Counted from the first letter of the stretch, positions 38,405 to 50,902 are shown. The stretch is 64,000 nt of DNA from Lama guanicoe (GCA_013239625.1 MU054187.1:2303757-2367756); one strand, 5' to 3'. Translations and numbers: made by a program. Notes: generated from the sequence alone by a model not told the origin.

Positions 38405-40239
38405 GGAATTAAGTAATATTTTCACATGATATAAAACTCAATAATTCATGTTATACAAACCAGAGATAAATTACCAGGAAATGGAATATTTAACTCCTTA
38501 GAGCAGAATCTAAATCAAAATCCATTGACAACCCAGTTCCATGATTTCGTAAGTATCCAGTATATACTTGAAATGTTATTTTAAACTTAAAGCAGCAATA
38601 AAAACATTCCCTACAATAAAAAAGAAATGTTAACTTCACTATCTCCAAAGTTACGGTTTAATCTAATCAACAGAAACTTTGGGAATACCACGGTATCAAA
38701 AATTTAAAACTCATTTATGAAGAAAAGTAAAAGAAAATCAAGCATGTGTTGGCAACCTGACAGCAGGGCCTCAGAGCAAAACAGTGACACACAAAACGTG
38801 CGGCCGCGCCAGGAAGCGCCGCCGCCGCCGCCGCCCAGGCAGACTTTCATTCCTCTGTTGCCCGTGGTTGTATTCTAGTTATCTTCAACTGATTTATTTT
38901 ACTGCCGAGCACTGAAGTACACCATTTCTAAAAATTCATTCTAATTAAGTCAAAACACACAGAATGCCAAGAGGAAACCAAGTCAACTGCGCTTTCATGT
39001 TCTATTGGGTGTGAAACACCTTGGCCGCCAGCGCTGTGGTTTGGGCGAAGAGCCTCTATTCCAGGGGAGCAGAAAGGCCGCCTTCACCGGCAGGAGTGGT
39101 TACAGGCAACCTGGTCACCTGCACAAAGATACTGATGCAAAACCTTTCACATTTGGGGACAGCTCTGCTACTTTCCCAATGGCATTTTATTTGGTCTCAT
39201 ACTTAATCTGATGTTGAAATAAACTGCTATTTTCATTCTCTGGCACAAAGAGCCACAGAAATGTACACATCACAACAAAAGCTATAGATCACATGTGAAT
39301 TCTAATCTTTCACTGTACGAAAACTCCTTTATAAAGAAAGTACAGGAAAATACTGATACTAAGCTTCCCCATTAAAGGAGATTTATCATAATTAAAACAT
39401 TAAAGATAAGATAGCATGATTAGATAACATGATAAGACAGGTCGGGGGAGGCATTCTCTCATAAGCTAGTCAATGATAAAGAGCAAAAAAGCCAGTTTCT
39501 GGCTATAAAGACGTTTACTTTGCCTTTTGTAATCATATATCAAAAAATTTACCATGAGACTAAATCAAGTTCCTAAATTCAAGGAAGATTTTTCAAATTT
39601 TAAATGTTTCATCTTTAATGCATGATCATCTGAACAACAACAAAAAAAATTCTTAAAAATTTTCTCCACTGGCAAAGGGAAGAGTCCTATTTCACATTCA
39701 GCTCTTTTTTCACACTAGAAATACACATTTAATTAATTAATTAATTTAATTAAATACATTTTAAAAAGCTAAACCCAACAAATTCAAGAGAAAGAACTAT
39801 TAAAATGAGATTGGTTTTTACAGCAACTCAACTTTCAACAAAAGGGAAATATAAAACTGTTTAACAGAAACTTTAGTAAAAGATCTATCAGATAGAAGCT
39901 CACGGATCACAACCACCTCAAACTCTACTAAATGCCAACATTCTCTAAACCAATTTCATGAAAGAGACAGAAACAAACCAAGAGATATAAAGTTACTAAG
40001 TAATTTATGTTAAAAACTGCAGCTCGGGGTACAGTGAACCAAGGGCAGGACCCAGGGGAGTCTTCCCTACTTTCCTGACACACAGGAAAGTTTTCCCTTC
40101 GCTACACAGGAGATAAAAACCACAACTGAGTGCCTCTGCCTTGATCTCATTCTTCCTGCACTGACAACAGGAAAAAAGTAAGAAACGTTTTCAGTCCGTC
40201 AAGTGCCATGAGCACTGGCTCTGAAACCCAGTCCACGTC

Positions 40240-40535
40240 CATCTGCTTCTCGGCATCTCAACTTCCATCATTTCAGTCCCAGCCACGGGCCATCCCTCCT
40301 CTAGACCACAAGGAGGACCTTCCTGCTCCCACACTCAGCATCCATCCTCCACGGAGCAGCCTACAAGACCCTCCCAAAATATAAACCAGATCCTGTGGCT
40401 TCCCTGTTAAAACCTTTACAAGAGCTTTTAACTCATCTTACGAAAGGAAGACTCAAACAATAGCCTACAAGACCCTCTGCGATCAGACCCCGCCAACCTC
40501 TCCTCGCCCATCATCCTTCACGTCACTCTCTCACC
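40240..40535. mobile_element. L2 LINE fragment
   Basis: CTCTAGACCAC...AAATATAAACCAGATCCTGTGGCTTCCCTGTTAAAACCTTT...GCCTACAAGACCCT. Confidence 0.65.
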
Positions 40536-40690
40536 CTCAGCACTACTGACACACTGGGCAGGACGGCTCTGTTGCGGGGGGCTGTCCGCGCCCTGTAGGA
40601 TGCCCAGCAGCATCCCTGGCCTCTCCCACCAGGTGCCAGGAGCACCACCCCCCCAGCTGTCACATCAAATACGTCTCCAAACAGACAATG
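40536..40690. mobile_element. MER20 (hAT-Charlie) fragment
   Basis: CAGCACTACTGACACACTGGGCAGGAC...GGGGGGCTGTCC...CAGCAGCATCCCTGGCCTCTCCCACCAGGTGCCAG. Confidence 0.85.
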
Positions 40691-41842
40691 CTTTCAAAGA
40701 GCCAGACTCATCCTTGCTTCCTGGTCTCTCTCCTCCCACCCCCTCCACCCAAAATGCTGATCCCCAAACCTGAGCTGCAGGGCTGGTTCCTTATCGTCGC
40801 TGCCTCCGCTGAGCTGCTGCAGCCGACTGGCGAGGCCACCTCTGATCACCCACTCCCACTGCGCCCATCACCCAGCGCCTGGCGGACAGGCTACAAACTA
40901 AGTGCCCGAAGAGCAGGTGCCGAGGGAACACGTCAGTATTCAAGAGAAAAGGACTGAAGGGGCAAGACGCCAACATTCAACAACACATGATGCTCAGCAG
41001 CCCGGACACCCGGGTCCTCTCCTACGCCGGACTTCCTGCATCTTTCCAACGCACGCATTCAAATGAGCCATCAGTTCTTTCCTCTGGAACTACTGGCAGG
41101 ATTACTGTCAGTCATAGGCAGGGTATGTCTGTTCACTGTGCCTTAACAGAAACAGTCCTGCACCAGAGCATCCGTCCAAAGGGTGGGAACAAAGGCACTT
41201 GAGCTGTTCAGGAAAGAGCTGAAAGCAATGAACTTCCAACCTACTGTCAAAACAGCCGTGACACAGAGTCCTGGGTGGTTCGCTCATGTCCACCAGTGGC
41301 CCACCCGTGTATCTAAGCAGTCACTCTTAACTTACCTTGTTTTAAGTGGGCACAAAAAGGTCCATCATTTTGATTTAAAAAATAAAAACAAGAGGAAGAC
41401 ATGACTTTGGCTGCTATGTCAACAGCAAAAGGCTAAAACAAATTAAATGTGAGAGATGGACCTTAACTGAGCTTTTAGCATCTTCATGTGAGCTGGTAAA
41501 AATCCACTCGGGTAACGCATAAGCTGAATCGTTGAACCGTGCAAAACTGCGGAGTCTCTGATCCACAGTCCAGCTGACTCCCATTCAGCCCCAAACAACT
41601 GAGCCACTCATGTCACCAGGTCCTCTTAGTTACTTCTGGAGACGCTTTTCATACCAGCGCTTTGAATGCACATTTCTCCAGAACACGAGTACAGTTGTTT
41701 CTTCTAAGTGATCATGTCATGTTCTGAATGGCTACAATATATTTCTAGACAGTCATCAAAATCACTGCTTTGAAAACCACCACCCATCCGAGCATTTATT
41801 TCCATGAGAACCTCCGGGCAGCAGGGCATCGCAGGCACCTAC

Positions 41843-41956
41843 CAGTTGTGCACCATGAGCTTCTGCACGGCCAGGAGCGCGTTGTAGCGGACCTGCTGGT
41901 CCTCGTGGTGCATGTGGTTCATCACCAGCTGCTTGCCGCCCAGCAGCTCGATGACC
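41843..41956 (-). CDS. ATP6V1H: ATP6V1H coding exon (114 nt; exon 13 equivalent): [37 protein letters not shown](W)
   Basis: Contained in ORF 41839..42162. Acceptor CTTCTGTTCTACAG, donor CTG|GTAGGT. Confidence 0.98.
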
Positions 41957-44900
41957 CTGTAGAACAGAAGCCACGTGGGGAAGACACCGCAGTTACTTTC
42001 AGAGTCGGCAGAAAGCCCAAATTCCAAAGCACCAAGGGGTTTTAAAAAGTTACAATACAGGTAAGTAAACCGACACGCGTCTTTTTTTAAATATAATTTT
42101 CCCCAAATCACAGATTGAAAGTATTCATGTATTTTCTCTTGAATTCCTAATGATAAAGCCAACTGTTATTCCCAATCCTAGTCCAGGCAAGTATCAGTAA
42201 CCTGCACTGTGGTGGTGTTCTAGAATACAGTGTTCTAGGCAGCTGAGTATTAATATCTTTATTATCAGTATTTCTTGCTTACTTAAAAGTCCATATACCA
42301 AACATCACATAACTGAAATAATACCAGATCACCGATATTAAGCCTGCCAGCTGCCACGCCGTGAGACAGACGTGGGCTCAGATGCAGACAGCAGGGAACA
42401 TGGGGTTAAAAGCACCCAGTAGGAGTCCTGTTAATTTCCTGACAAAAGCTTGATTTTTTAAGACATTGGCCCTTTCCTGTGATGATGGACTATGCCACAC
42501 AACCTCCTGGGCAGTGAGACAGACGGGAAATCCCCACTGTCAAGAGCACCATGAGGACTGATAACTGGCACTGGCTCTGCCACCACACCCCTAACACCCT
42601 GAAACCTCCAGTCACTGCAGATGCAAAACTGAAACAGTCACGTGCTTCATGAATGAAGAGAGGCTCTCTGTTCCTCGGCAAGGGTGTCGAGTCTCTTAAC
42701 TCCAGCTCAACAGTATGGATTCTCTGGTCTGCACTGTCTGGTGGCAAATCTCCACTACATGGTCAGTGACACGTGACATCTTAATGCAGCAGGGCTTTTG
42801 GTGACGAAGGCCACAGTCGGGACGCTCAGGGAAGCAGGCCCTCACCTGCCAAGGGCATCACAGAGAGAAGTCCTCCCCTGGGTGAGGGGGGGGGGGGGCG
42901 CTACGTGTCCTGGACTAAACGCCTTCTGTGGTTTACGATGACCAGAGGGCCATCTGTTACCAAGGGTGAGGGGATATGTAACGAGGCCCACCTAGGTCTC
43001 CATCGGGAGGATGAGAAGATGATTATCACCGAATAAAATGTAAAGGGATTTCAAGACCAAACATAAAGTCATTCTTATGTCACCACAAACTGCTTACTCA
43101 GCCGACCAGCCTGGTGTCCGTGGGTAAATGCCGCTCTCAGAGCCTGGCAGGGCTGGTCCGACCCCTGGTAGCACCCGTCTCCTCCCCAGCCTGGGGACCT
43201 CTGTGCCTGGCGAGGTGGGAGGCGGGAATCTGCCCTCCTTGCCGTCCACATGGTCCAGTGCCCCCAGGACGGCGGGGCAGGCCAGCTCTGGGGCCCGGTC
43301 TCCGGCCACACACACACCGCGCTCTCCACTTTTGGCCTCAGCAGTGCGGGTTATCCACCTGTTACATCCTTTGTCGTGTTTCTCAAGTAATTCAGAATTG
43401 AGGCAGACAGGAGGGGCACTGTTTATGGGGCCCCTTCAGGGTACCTCCCAACGCGGAAATACAGTTGGTGACCGCCTTTCACTGCAGGCACATTCTAGAG
43501 AGTTGTACCAACAGTGAGTCACTACTCTTTCCTGTGTTTTTCAAGGTGTCTGTAATGAGTATTTGTTACTTTTCCATGATAACGATCGTTTAGAAAGGAG
43601 TATTGGAGTTTGGTTGATAAAAGGTTTGTGCCACCATCAAAGCAATTTACTACTTTCATTTGCATGTGCTATGTCAGGCTTTGTACAAAGGAAAATAGAC
43701 CTTCACCTCGCATGAAAGTCTGCACCTAAGAGAACAAGCTTGAGCTCTTTGGCAGCCCTTCCTCCCAGCGCTCAGGACGCCTACTGGGTGCCAAACCCTC
43801 TGCCTGGTCAGACACAGCTTCCCTTTCTGAGCGTCCACAGTTATCACTGTGCTGACTGCAAAGTGCTGTTTCATGGAGACCCATGCAGAACACCGCAGAA
43901 GCACACAGCTTTTGCATCAGTCAGCACTTTCAACTGCAGAAGCAGAAACCTGACTGCCTGATCTGAGCAGCAAGCTTCGCAGAAAGGCAACCACAGCTGG
44001 GAAGGCTGCCCGGCTGACCCGTGGTCACAGCAAAGCCATCAAGTGACACCCAGACACCCAGACTGGTGCGGGGAGGGAAGGCCCGCTACGCCCACTTCCC
44101 TGTTCCTCGTTCCTCATGCAAATCTGGGGCAGAGACAGCTGCCGGCTGAGCTTAGGCCAGAAGCGCACGTCAGATGGAAAGCAGGTCAGAACGGGGGCTG
44201 CTGGCGTTCTTATCTTCTCCGCTGGGAGGGAGCATGTGTCTTATTAGGATTGGGGGGGTTCCTCGAATAGAGGAAGGCAGGTTAGATGATGCACTCCTTA
44301 AAAATAAAAAAGGAAATGCCCTATGGCGTCCCAGGCAGAGAGGGGCTCGCCCTTGCTCACGCCCCACGAGGCTCTGCTGTGGCTGAGGTGTTGCTGTCTG
44401 ACATGCTGATGGTTGCGACAACGTTCATGTCAGCATCTCTGCTGTGAGTCACACCCGCAAAGGACACACAGTGCCCCAAGTCGTCCACGTGTGACTTCTG
44501 GGCGTCTGCCAGGGTCACCGGTGGACTTGTGCTTTCTGAGGAACAATTCTGTTCACAAACACCATGCACGTCTGAAAAGTAAGATTAATGGTAAGTTGTG
44601 CTTCTCACCTGGAAATCGTATTACAATCGTAAAGGTTATGGGTCCTTTACGAGGACTGAACTGGCCGGGACGGCTGCGGCTCGGTAAGTTCACTTGGCAG
44701 TTTATTTTCACGTCGTCTGCAGTGATGGGGGACAGTGGTTCAATCTGCAGCTGGGGGCAGTTCCCGTGGAGCTCTGCCCCCGGTCCCGGGGCCCGAGGGG
44801 GCTCTCTCCGCAGCGCTGAAGCTGCTGCCATCCCTCCACCGCGCCCCGTTCTAGAACGTCCTCCCCCGCACGGTACAGGGATGTGCAGGGGCGCACAGTA

Positions 44901-46856
44901 AGCCTGCACAGGCGCTCAGACGCAGAAGCAACAACAAGTCACCGAATTGGCCCGAAGGACCCGCCCACATTCGTTTCCCCGCCCCACCGGCAACTAGGAA
45001 GCACGGGATCTACAAAGGGAAAAACCAGACACCACCCGCACTCCTACGGACGCGAGCCGCCGCCGCCAGCGCCGCGACTGACTTGTTTCACGCAGCCACG
45101 TGCGCGCGCGTCTGACGCCAGAGGCTGCACGACGCCCGGCTCACGGCCGTGGAGCGAGCACCGGCCTAAGTCACACCAGGGCTCCGCGCCCTCGTCCCAT
45201 CACACGGAGTGCGCCACAGCGTTTACCTGTGTCACTAACGCAGCGTGCTCGGGCTACTTTCAGAATCGTCTGCTATTATAAACGACGCTGCAAGCGCAGC
45301 TTTAATACTTCAATTGTAATGCTTTCTTTTATACTGAGTGAGGCATGAGTCTAGCATTTCGTTATTTTTGTTATTATTTTTCCCCAAAAAATCTTTTCCA
45401 CAACATTCACTTTCTATTTTTGATGCTTACTAAGCTCTTTTACACACAGGCTTCTGTATTTGTATCTGTGCCCACCTGCCTTCTGTACATTTACCCACCA
45501 CGTGGAGTTCAGGCATGCTCGTGGTCATTATTCCAACCCAGAGAAACATTCCCCTTGGCGCCAAAGGGACCTGAACTACCGCCTTTCCTCCTTCTATCTG
45601 AACCCAAAGCGGATTGCATCCTACCTACTCTAAGCCTAGTTTTCCATATAATGGTGTCAGTGTGTGACCCACGTGATACTCAGCACTGGCAGATTCTGCT
45701 TCAGATGAAACAGTCGTACTTTTGCAGTCAGGGTTACCAAAATCTACCGTACAAAGCAGCCTGACCTACTACAAATCAGATATAAAAAACAAGGTAAAGA
45801 TCAAAAGTAAAATATTCCACAGACAGTTGAGGTAAAAGATGATGTCTCTGCTTGACAGGATACGACTTCACTTGTCACTGACATGACGTTCCATGATGTT
45901 TAGATACTTGTACACAGTGAGGACAGAGAAGTCATGAAGTAGCTGCGGAATGTTATAGTCAGCACCTCCAACGGTGGCTCTGCCAATTTTTCCCCACGTT
46001 CTAAGAAGTTCTGGGTTTACACGACACCATTTTATGAGGAGTAGGATAAATGCCGTCGTATGCCTCTTATAAAACAGTAACAGTAATTACAATAAAAGTA
46101 GCTAATGCTAATCACTGTGCTTGGATGAACTCATTCACTCCTCCCATCAGCCTCACGAGAGAGGAATGCGATTATCACCCCAACTGTAGAGGTCAGGGAA
46201 CCAATCCGCAAGTGGCATGGCAGCCATCCAACCCGAGGCATCCCTGCTTCTGCAGGCAGCGCGCAGCAGCCCTCGGTCTCCTCTAATGCTTTCTCCCTCA
46301 ATATAATATTGGCCCCTTGACTTCTTGGTTTAAAAAAAAAAAGGCTGTCTGCCGTTTCATTGTCAATATATTTAAGTGATTTTACATTACGTGGCCAGCG
46401 TCACCTCCTCTGAAAGCCTTACCTGTCTCCTCCCACAGAAAATTCCTCACTCTTCAATGCTTCGAAATACGTGATTCCATTACTGTACATCGGCTGTAAC
46501 TTTTCTTCACACGAGCTACATTTCCTTTTATACTATGAACTGACTCAGTTCAGTAACAGTGAAACCACAAATAGTGGGGAAATCACCTGCGCTAACAAAA
46601 CGGCTTTTGAGTTTAATCGTACAAACCAGAGAAAACCCTGAACGTGCAACGTCTAGTGTGGTCTCCCTCGGCTCCCACGCTGTAATCTGCTTACATACTC
46701 ACACTACCCATTTTCAATCAGGTTTACCATCTACCGGAACTCCCAACATCACGGGAATTTGACTCCGCTTGCCAGCTGCCCCGTCCGAGAGAAGCGCACA
46801 GGGGAGGGCCGGTTGAGCACGTCGGGAAACCCCGAGGAACGAGGCCCCGCGCTTAC

Positions 46857-46958
46857 CGCTTGCCGCGGGGGTAATGCCGCACGTACTCCCCCACGTCGTG
46901 AGCGGCAACTGCCAAGACTTGCGGGTCGTCAGACACTTCCAGAAGTTTCGTCAAAATC
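46857..46958 (-). CDS. ATP6V1H: ATP6V1H coding exon (102 nt; exon 12 equivalent): [33 protein letters not shown](R)
   Basis: Manual translation; not in the ORF track. Acceptor TTTATTTCAG, donor GCG|GTAAGC; phases match both neighbours. Confidence 0.97.
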
Positions 46959-48334
46959 CTGAAATAAATTTAATCCAAAGAGAGATTGATTTCTGATCCG
47001 TCTACAGAGTGCAACAGAGCACAGGCTGAATGCCAGTATCTTCCTGAAAACAGACGTTTACAAACATGACCGTATTTTCCACAGCTTTCACTGTTACGCG
47101 CAATACATCACACGTATTTTATTACATGTACGTTAGCAGTTTTCAAATCTTTCTACGCACATGACAGGTTACTTTCAGAGTCAAAACATACACCACGCAT
47201 AATTCCCCAAATATCCGAGACTCCCTCTCCTACTCTTTCGAGAAGGACGACGAGAATTTTGCGTAGATGCTGCCTTAATACACGACTACCCGTGGGTCCC
47301 TGCTCATCACACTCCGTCATCCTCCTGCCAGCGCCAGTAACCAAGCACCTTCCCGCGACCGATCAAGACGGGACCGAGGAAACCAGGTGCTTGCGCGACC
47401 GCTGACTGCGCCCTCCTCTCCCGAATACAACGCAGCTTAACGAGAACGAGAACGAGAGCGGGGCTATATCTGCCACTGCACCTGCCGCGCCGGGAACGGC
47501 GCTCACCACACGCCGCCGCCCGGCAAGCCCCCGTGTCCCTCGTCATCTGCGTTCAGGCAAATCCTTACGAGAATAAAAGTGCGCTTTGTTCGCCGTCTGC
47601 ACGCGTCCGTGAGGCTCGCTGACTCCAGTTCCTGGAGCGCGTTTACCAGGTAAGGTCCCGGGGACTGTGGCTCAAGCCTTCCCCGCCCCTTCCTGCCAGC
47701 ACCTCCGCCTGGCGACAAGCTAACTCCACAGTAAGCACCGCTGCCAACCACGGAACCGTTTCATCATGAAGTAATCACACACCTTCTCTCTTTCAGACTA
47801 AACGGGAACCCACACTTCCAAACAACAGAGGAGAAAGGAATGCACGTTCACTGCACACACGCCTGTTCCCACGTCTGTGTAAATCTGCTCCTCGTGGCAA
47901 CACATAAATGAGGAAACGAGACTCAGAGAAGCTAGGTAACATGCCTCAGGACACAGCAGACGTGGAAACTGAGATTTGCATCATCATCTGCTGACTGCAG
48001 CCCTCACAAAGCACAACCACACCCTGATGGCCGTTACTCAGCTCAAGCACAGAAGATCCAGTAAGAAAAAACAAGACTTACAGTCAATCTCCCATACATT
48101 TATATTTTTTAAATTTCAAAAAAGGTTCTTTTTATAAGGCCAACAGGCAAATTATTCTAAAATTCAGTTTAATTCAACTGAAACATTTTAATAATTTCAA
48201 AGGATTAAATTACTTTGCATTTAAAATTATTTTGAAATGTTACTTTAGAATAATTTTATAAAATAACAAGAAACTGATATTAACATAAGAGTCTTTTAAA
48301 GTGTAACAGAGTATCTGTTCTGAATACCCCAAAC

Positions 48335-48826
48335 CAGAAGTCAGCAAATCTCAGCTGAAATCTAAACCCAGCAGCCACTGCTTTTATAGTTTTATTTTTT
48401 TAAGTATAGGTGATTTACAATGTTGTGTTAATTTCAGGTGTACAGCAAAGTGCTTACATATATATATAAAAATTATACGTGTGTGTGTGTATATATATAA
48501 TTTTCATCAGATTCTTTTCCATTATAGGTTATTATGTATATTGCACATCGTCCCCTGTGCTGCACAACAGGTTGCTGTTGTTTACCTATTTTACATGTAG
48601 TAGTATGTACATACATTAATCTCAAATTCCTAATTTATCCCTTCCCCCCACCTCTTTCCTCTTTGGTAACCACAGTTTGTTTTCTATGTCTGTGAGTCTC
48701 ATTTTTGTAAATTAAGTTTTATTGGCACACAGTCACACTACTCAGTTTACTCACTGCCCATGGCTGCTCTCGCACTACAAGGCAGAGTTTACCTCCTGGG
48801 CCTTTACAGAAGTCTGCCAATGCCTG
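48335..48826. mobile_element. MER58A-like hAT MITE split by a minus-strand L1 3'UTR fragment (about 48388-48700)
   Basis: Left arm CAGAAGTCAGCAAA...; right arm TTTTTGTAAATTAAGTTTTATTGGCACACAG...GGCTGCTCTCGCACTACAAGGCAGAG...CCTTTACAGAAGTCTGCCAATGCCTG; L1 sequence between. Confidence 0.75.
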
Positions 48827-48877
48827 CTTTAAACCACATTCAGTGGCCTGAGACATTCTCCACACGGCTGAGACCTT

Positions 48878-49030
48878 GATTTTCAAAATCAGGTCTGCGA
48901 ATCAGCACCGTCAGCATCACTGGACACTTAACAAGAAAAGCTGAATCACAGACCCAACCCTAGACCTGCCAAGACAGAACCTGCCCTTTAACCAGACCTC
49001 TGGGAACATCTGAGGAGCAGTCTGAGAATC
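48878..49030. mobile_element. MER5A-like hAT-Charlie fragment
   Basis: TTTTCAAAATCAGGTC...CAGCATCACTGGA...CCCTAGACCTGCC...TTTAACCAGACC...TCTGAGAA. Confidence 0.6.
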
Positions 49031-49661
49031 AGAGAAGTCAGAATTAGGAGGAATCCCAGAATCCTATGGACAGATTTCCTGATAAACACAGAAATGATTT
49101 TAATGGTTATCCTTCAGAGCCATTCCACTGAATATCTTCAGCAACAATGAGAATATCTTTATATTATTATCTGTAAATCTACTAGGCATACTTTCTATTT
49201 CTATATTCAAATCATCAATAAAAATATCCAAAAGTATAGGTTCAAAACCAGATTCTCGGGTGAGTAAAGAGAGCTCCCTCCAAGTCATCTCTGAATGTAG
49301 ATGTTAAGTCCACAGCGGACCCGACGATCATCATCCAAGTCTCCATCACCACGGTAACCACAAGCCAAGACTGTCAGGTACACAAGTGGGATGGAGACAG
49401 CAACACATCACAGCTCTGTACTTGGACCAAACGTGAATTCTCACTCTCACATGTGCTAGCAATGTAATCTTAGAAAGCAAGGATTCAAATCCAAAACAGA
49501 ATTCACATTATTATTCTAACTGATCACTCCACAAATTTGTGTTTCTTCTCTTTCACAGTGTTTTCCCTGGGTTTTATAAACTTGCTTTTGTTTTTCTTTA
49601 ATTACAATCCACATGGTTTCCTGTATTTCAGAATATTCCCTATTCAAAATACATACTATTT

Positions 49662-49870
49662 CATAGGTAAACAACAAGGACCTTCTGCAGAGCACAGGGA
49701 ACGATATTCAATTTCTTGTAATGAGCTGTAACGGAAGAGAATCTAAAAATATATGTGTGTGTGTGTGTATATGTGTGTGTATGTATGTATATATATATAT
49801 ATATATAAACTGAATTGCCTTCCTGTATACCTGAAACTAACACTGTAAATCAACACTTAAATAAAAAATA
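49662..49870 (+). mobile_element. L1 3'UTR fragment containing a (TG)n/(TA)n microsatellite
   Basis: ATAGGTAAACAACAAGGACC...GCACAGGGAACGATATTCAA...TGTATACCTGAAACTAACACTGTAAATCAAC. Confidence 0.85.
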
Positions 49871-50902
49871 AGAATTTAAAAAATACACACTATTTCAAAA
49901 TTATAACATGCCAGATCATAATGCATTTTCCATATACTATTATACTCAAAAGTGGTAAAGGGCGAAGCAACTAACATCACGTAACTGCTAAGTTTGGCAT
50001 CCCGTGGAAAACAGGTCAGAGCCTGACGCACGCACGGCTCTCCACAGACAAAAAGGCCCGCGTGCACTGTGCTTTTCTAACAGCAGAATAAAAACAAAAC
50101 CAGACAGACTTCATCCGTGTCTGCTTTATCAGCTAGTTTAAAGGGCAACACTGGTGTGGCCCTTTCAATCATCCCCATGCAGATAATTAACAGGAATAAA
50201 AACTAAAGACAATGACTTCAAATATCTCAACACATTAGCATAAAATCAAACTAATGGACCACACGTCATTGTTTCTTGTTATTCAGAAAAGTCACAAAAC
50301 TCAAAGGGAGTAACCTGAAGGAGCCATGAAAATTAAAACCTCACAGCAGAAGACAGAACATGCACTTCAAAAGTCCTTTAAGGCATCTTAATAAAATATG
50401 CGTAATGCTTTATAAAGTAAAAGCTCCTTCCATTATATTCAAGTTTTCCAAAGAGTAGATTGAAAAAAAAATTATCTCATTTTGTTATTGTTGCTAAAAA
50501 CTCAAAGTGGCAAAACAACGCTGGAAAGGTAATTCATTCTCTCCCTCCAGCCTATTCTCCATCAGTCCTGCCAATAAACTTTTAGAAGATAAAGTCTAAG
50601 CAACAGAAACAAATCTGCCTAAAAATGTTTATTGGACACGTGCACATACGTTCTCTGCTCCTTCTAGAGATCTCATTAAAATGACAGCAAAAGGACTTTT
50701 CTCTTTTTAAAACATAAACCCATAAGAAAAGACAATGTGGAAAATTAAACAACAGTAACAAAACCCTGAAGTGGAAAATCAGAGGAACAAACACTAAATA
50801 ACTCGAGAAAACCAAATACCAAGCTGATCGTGAGGGAAGCTGAGTGGCAACCTGATCTGTAACACAGACCGTCTTGATCAGTATTTCTCCAAATCAGACT
50901 CA

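Noticed and set aside
44413..45764. Long plus-strand ORFs (162, 132, 139 aa) antisense to ATP6V1H
   Set aside because: Low-complexity Pro/Arg/Gly-rich or featureless translations, largely explained by stop-codon scarcity in GC-rich sequence; no homology recognised.
46418..46426. Isolated consensus splice donors on the minus strand (also near 41331)
   Set aside because: No convincing paired acceptor or in-frame exon; such donors are common in introns.
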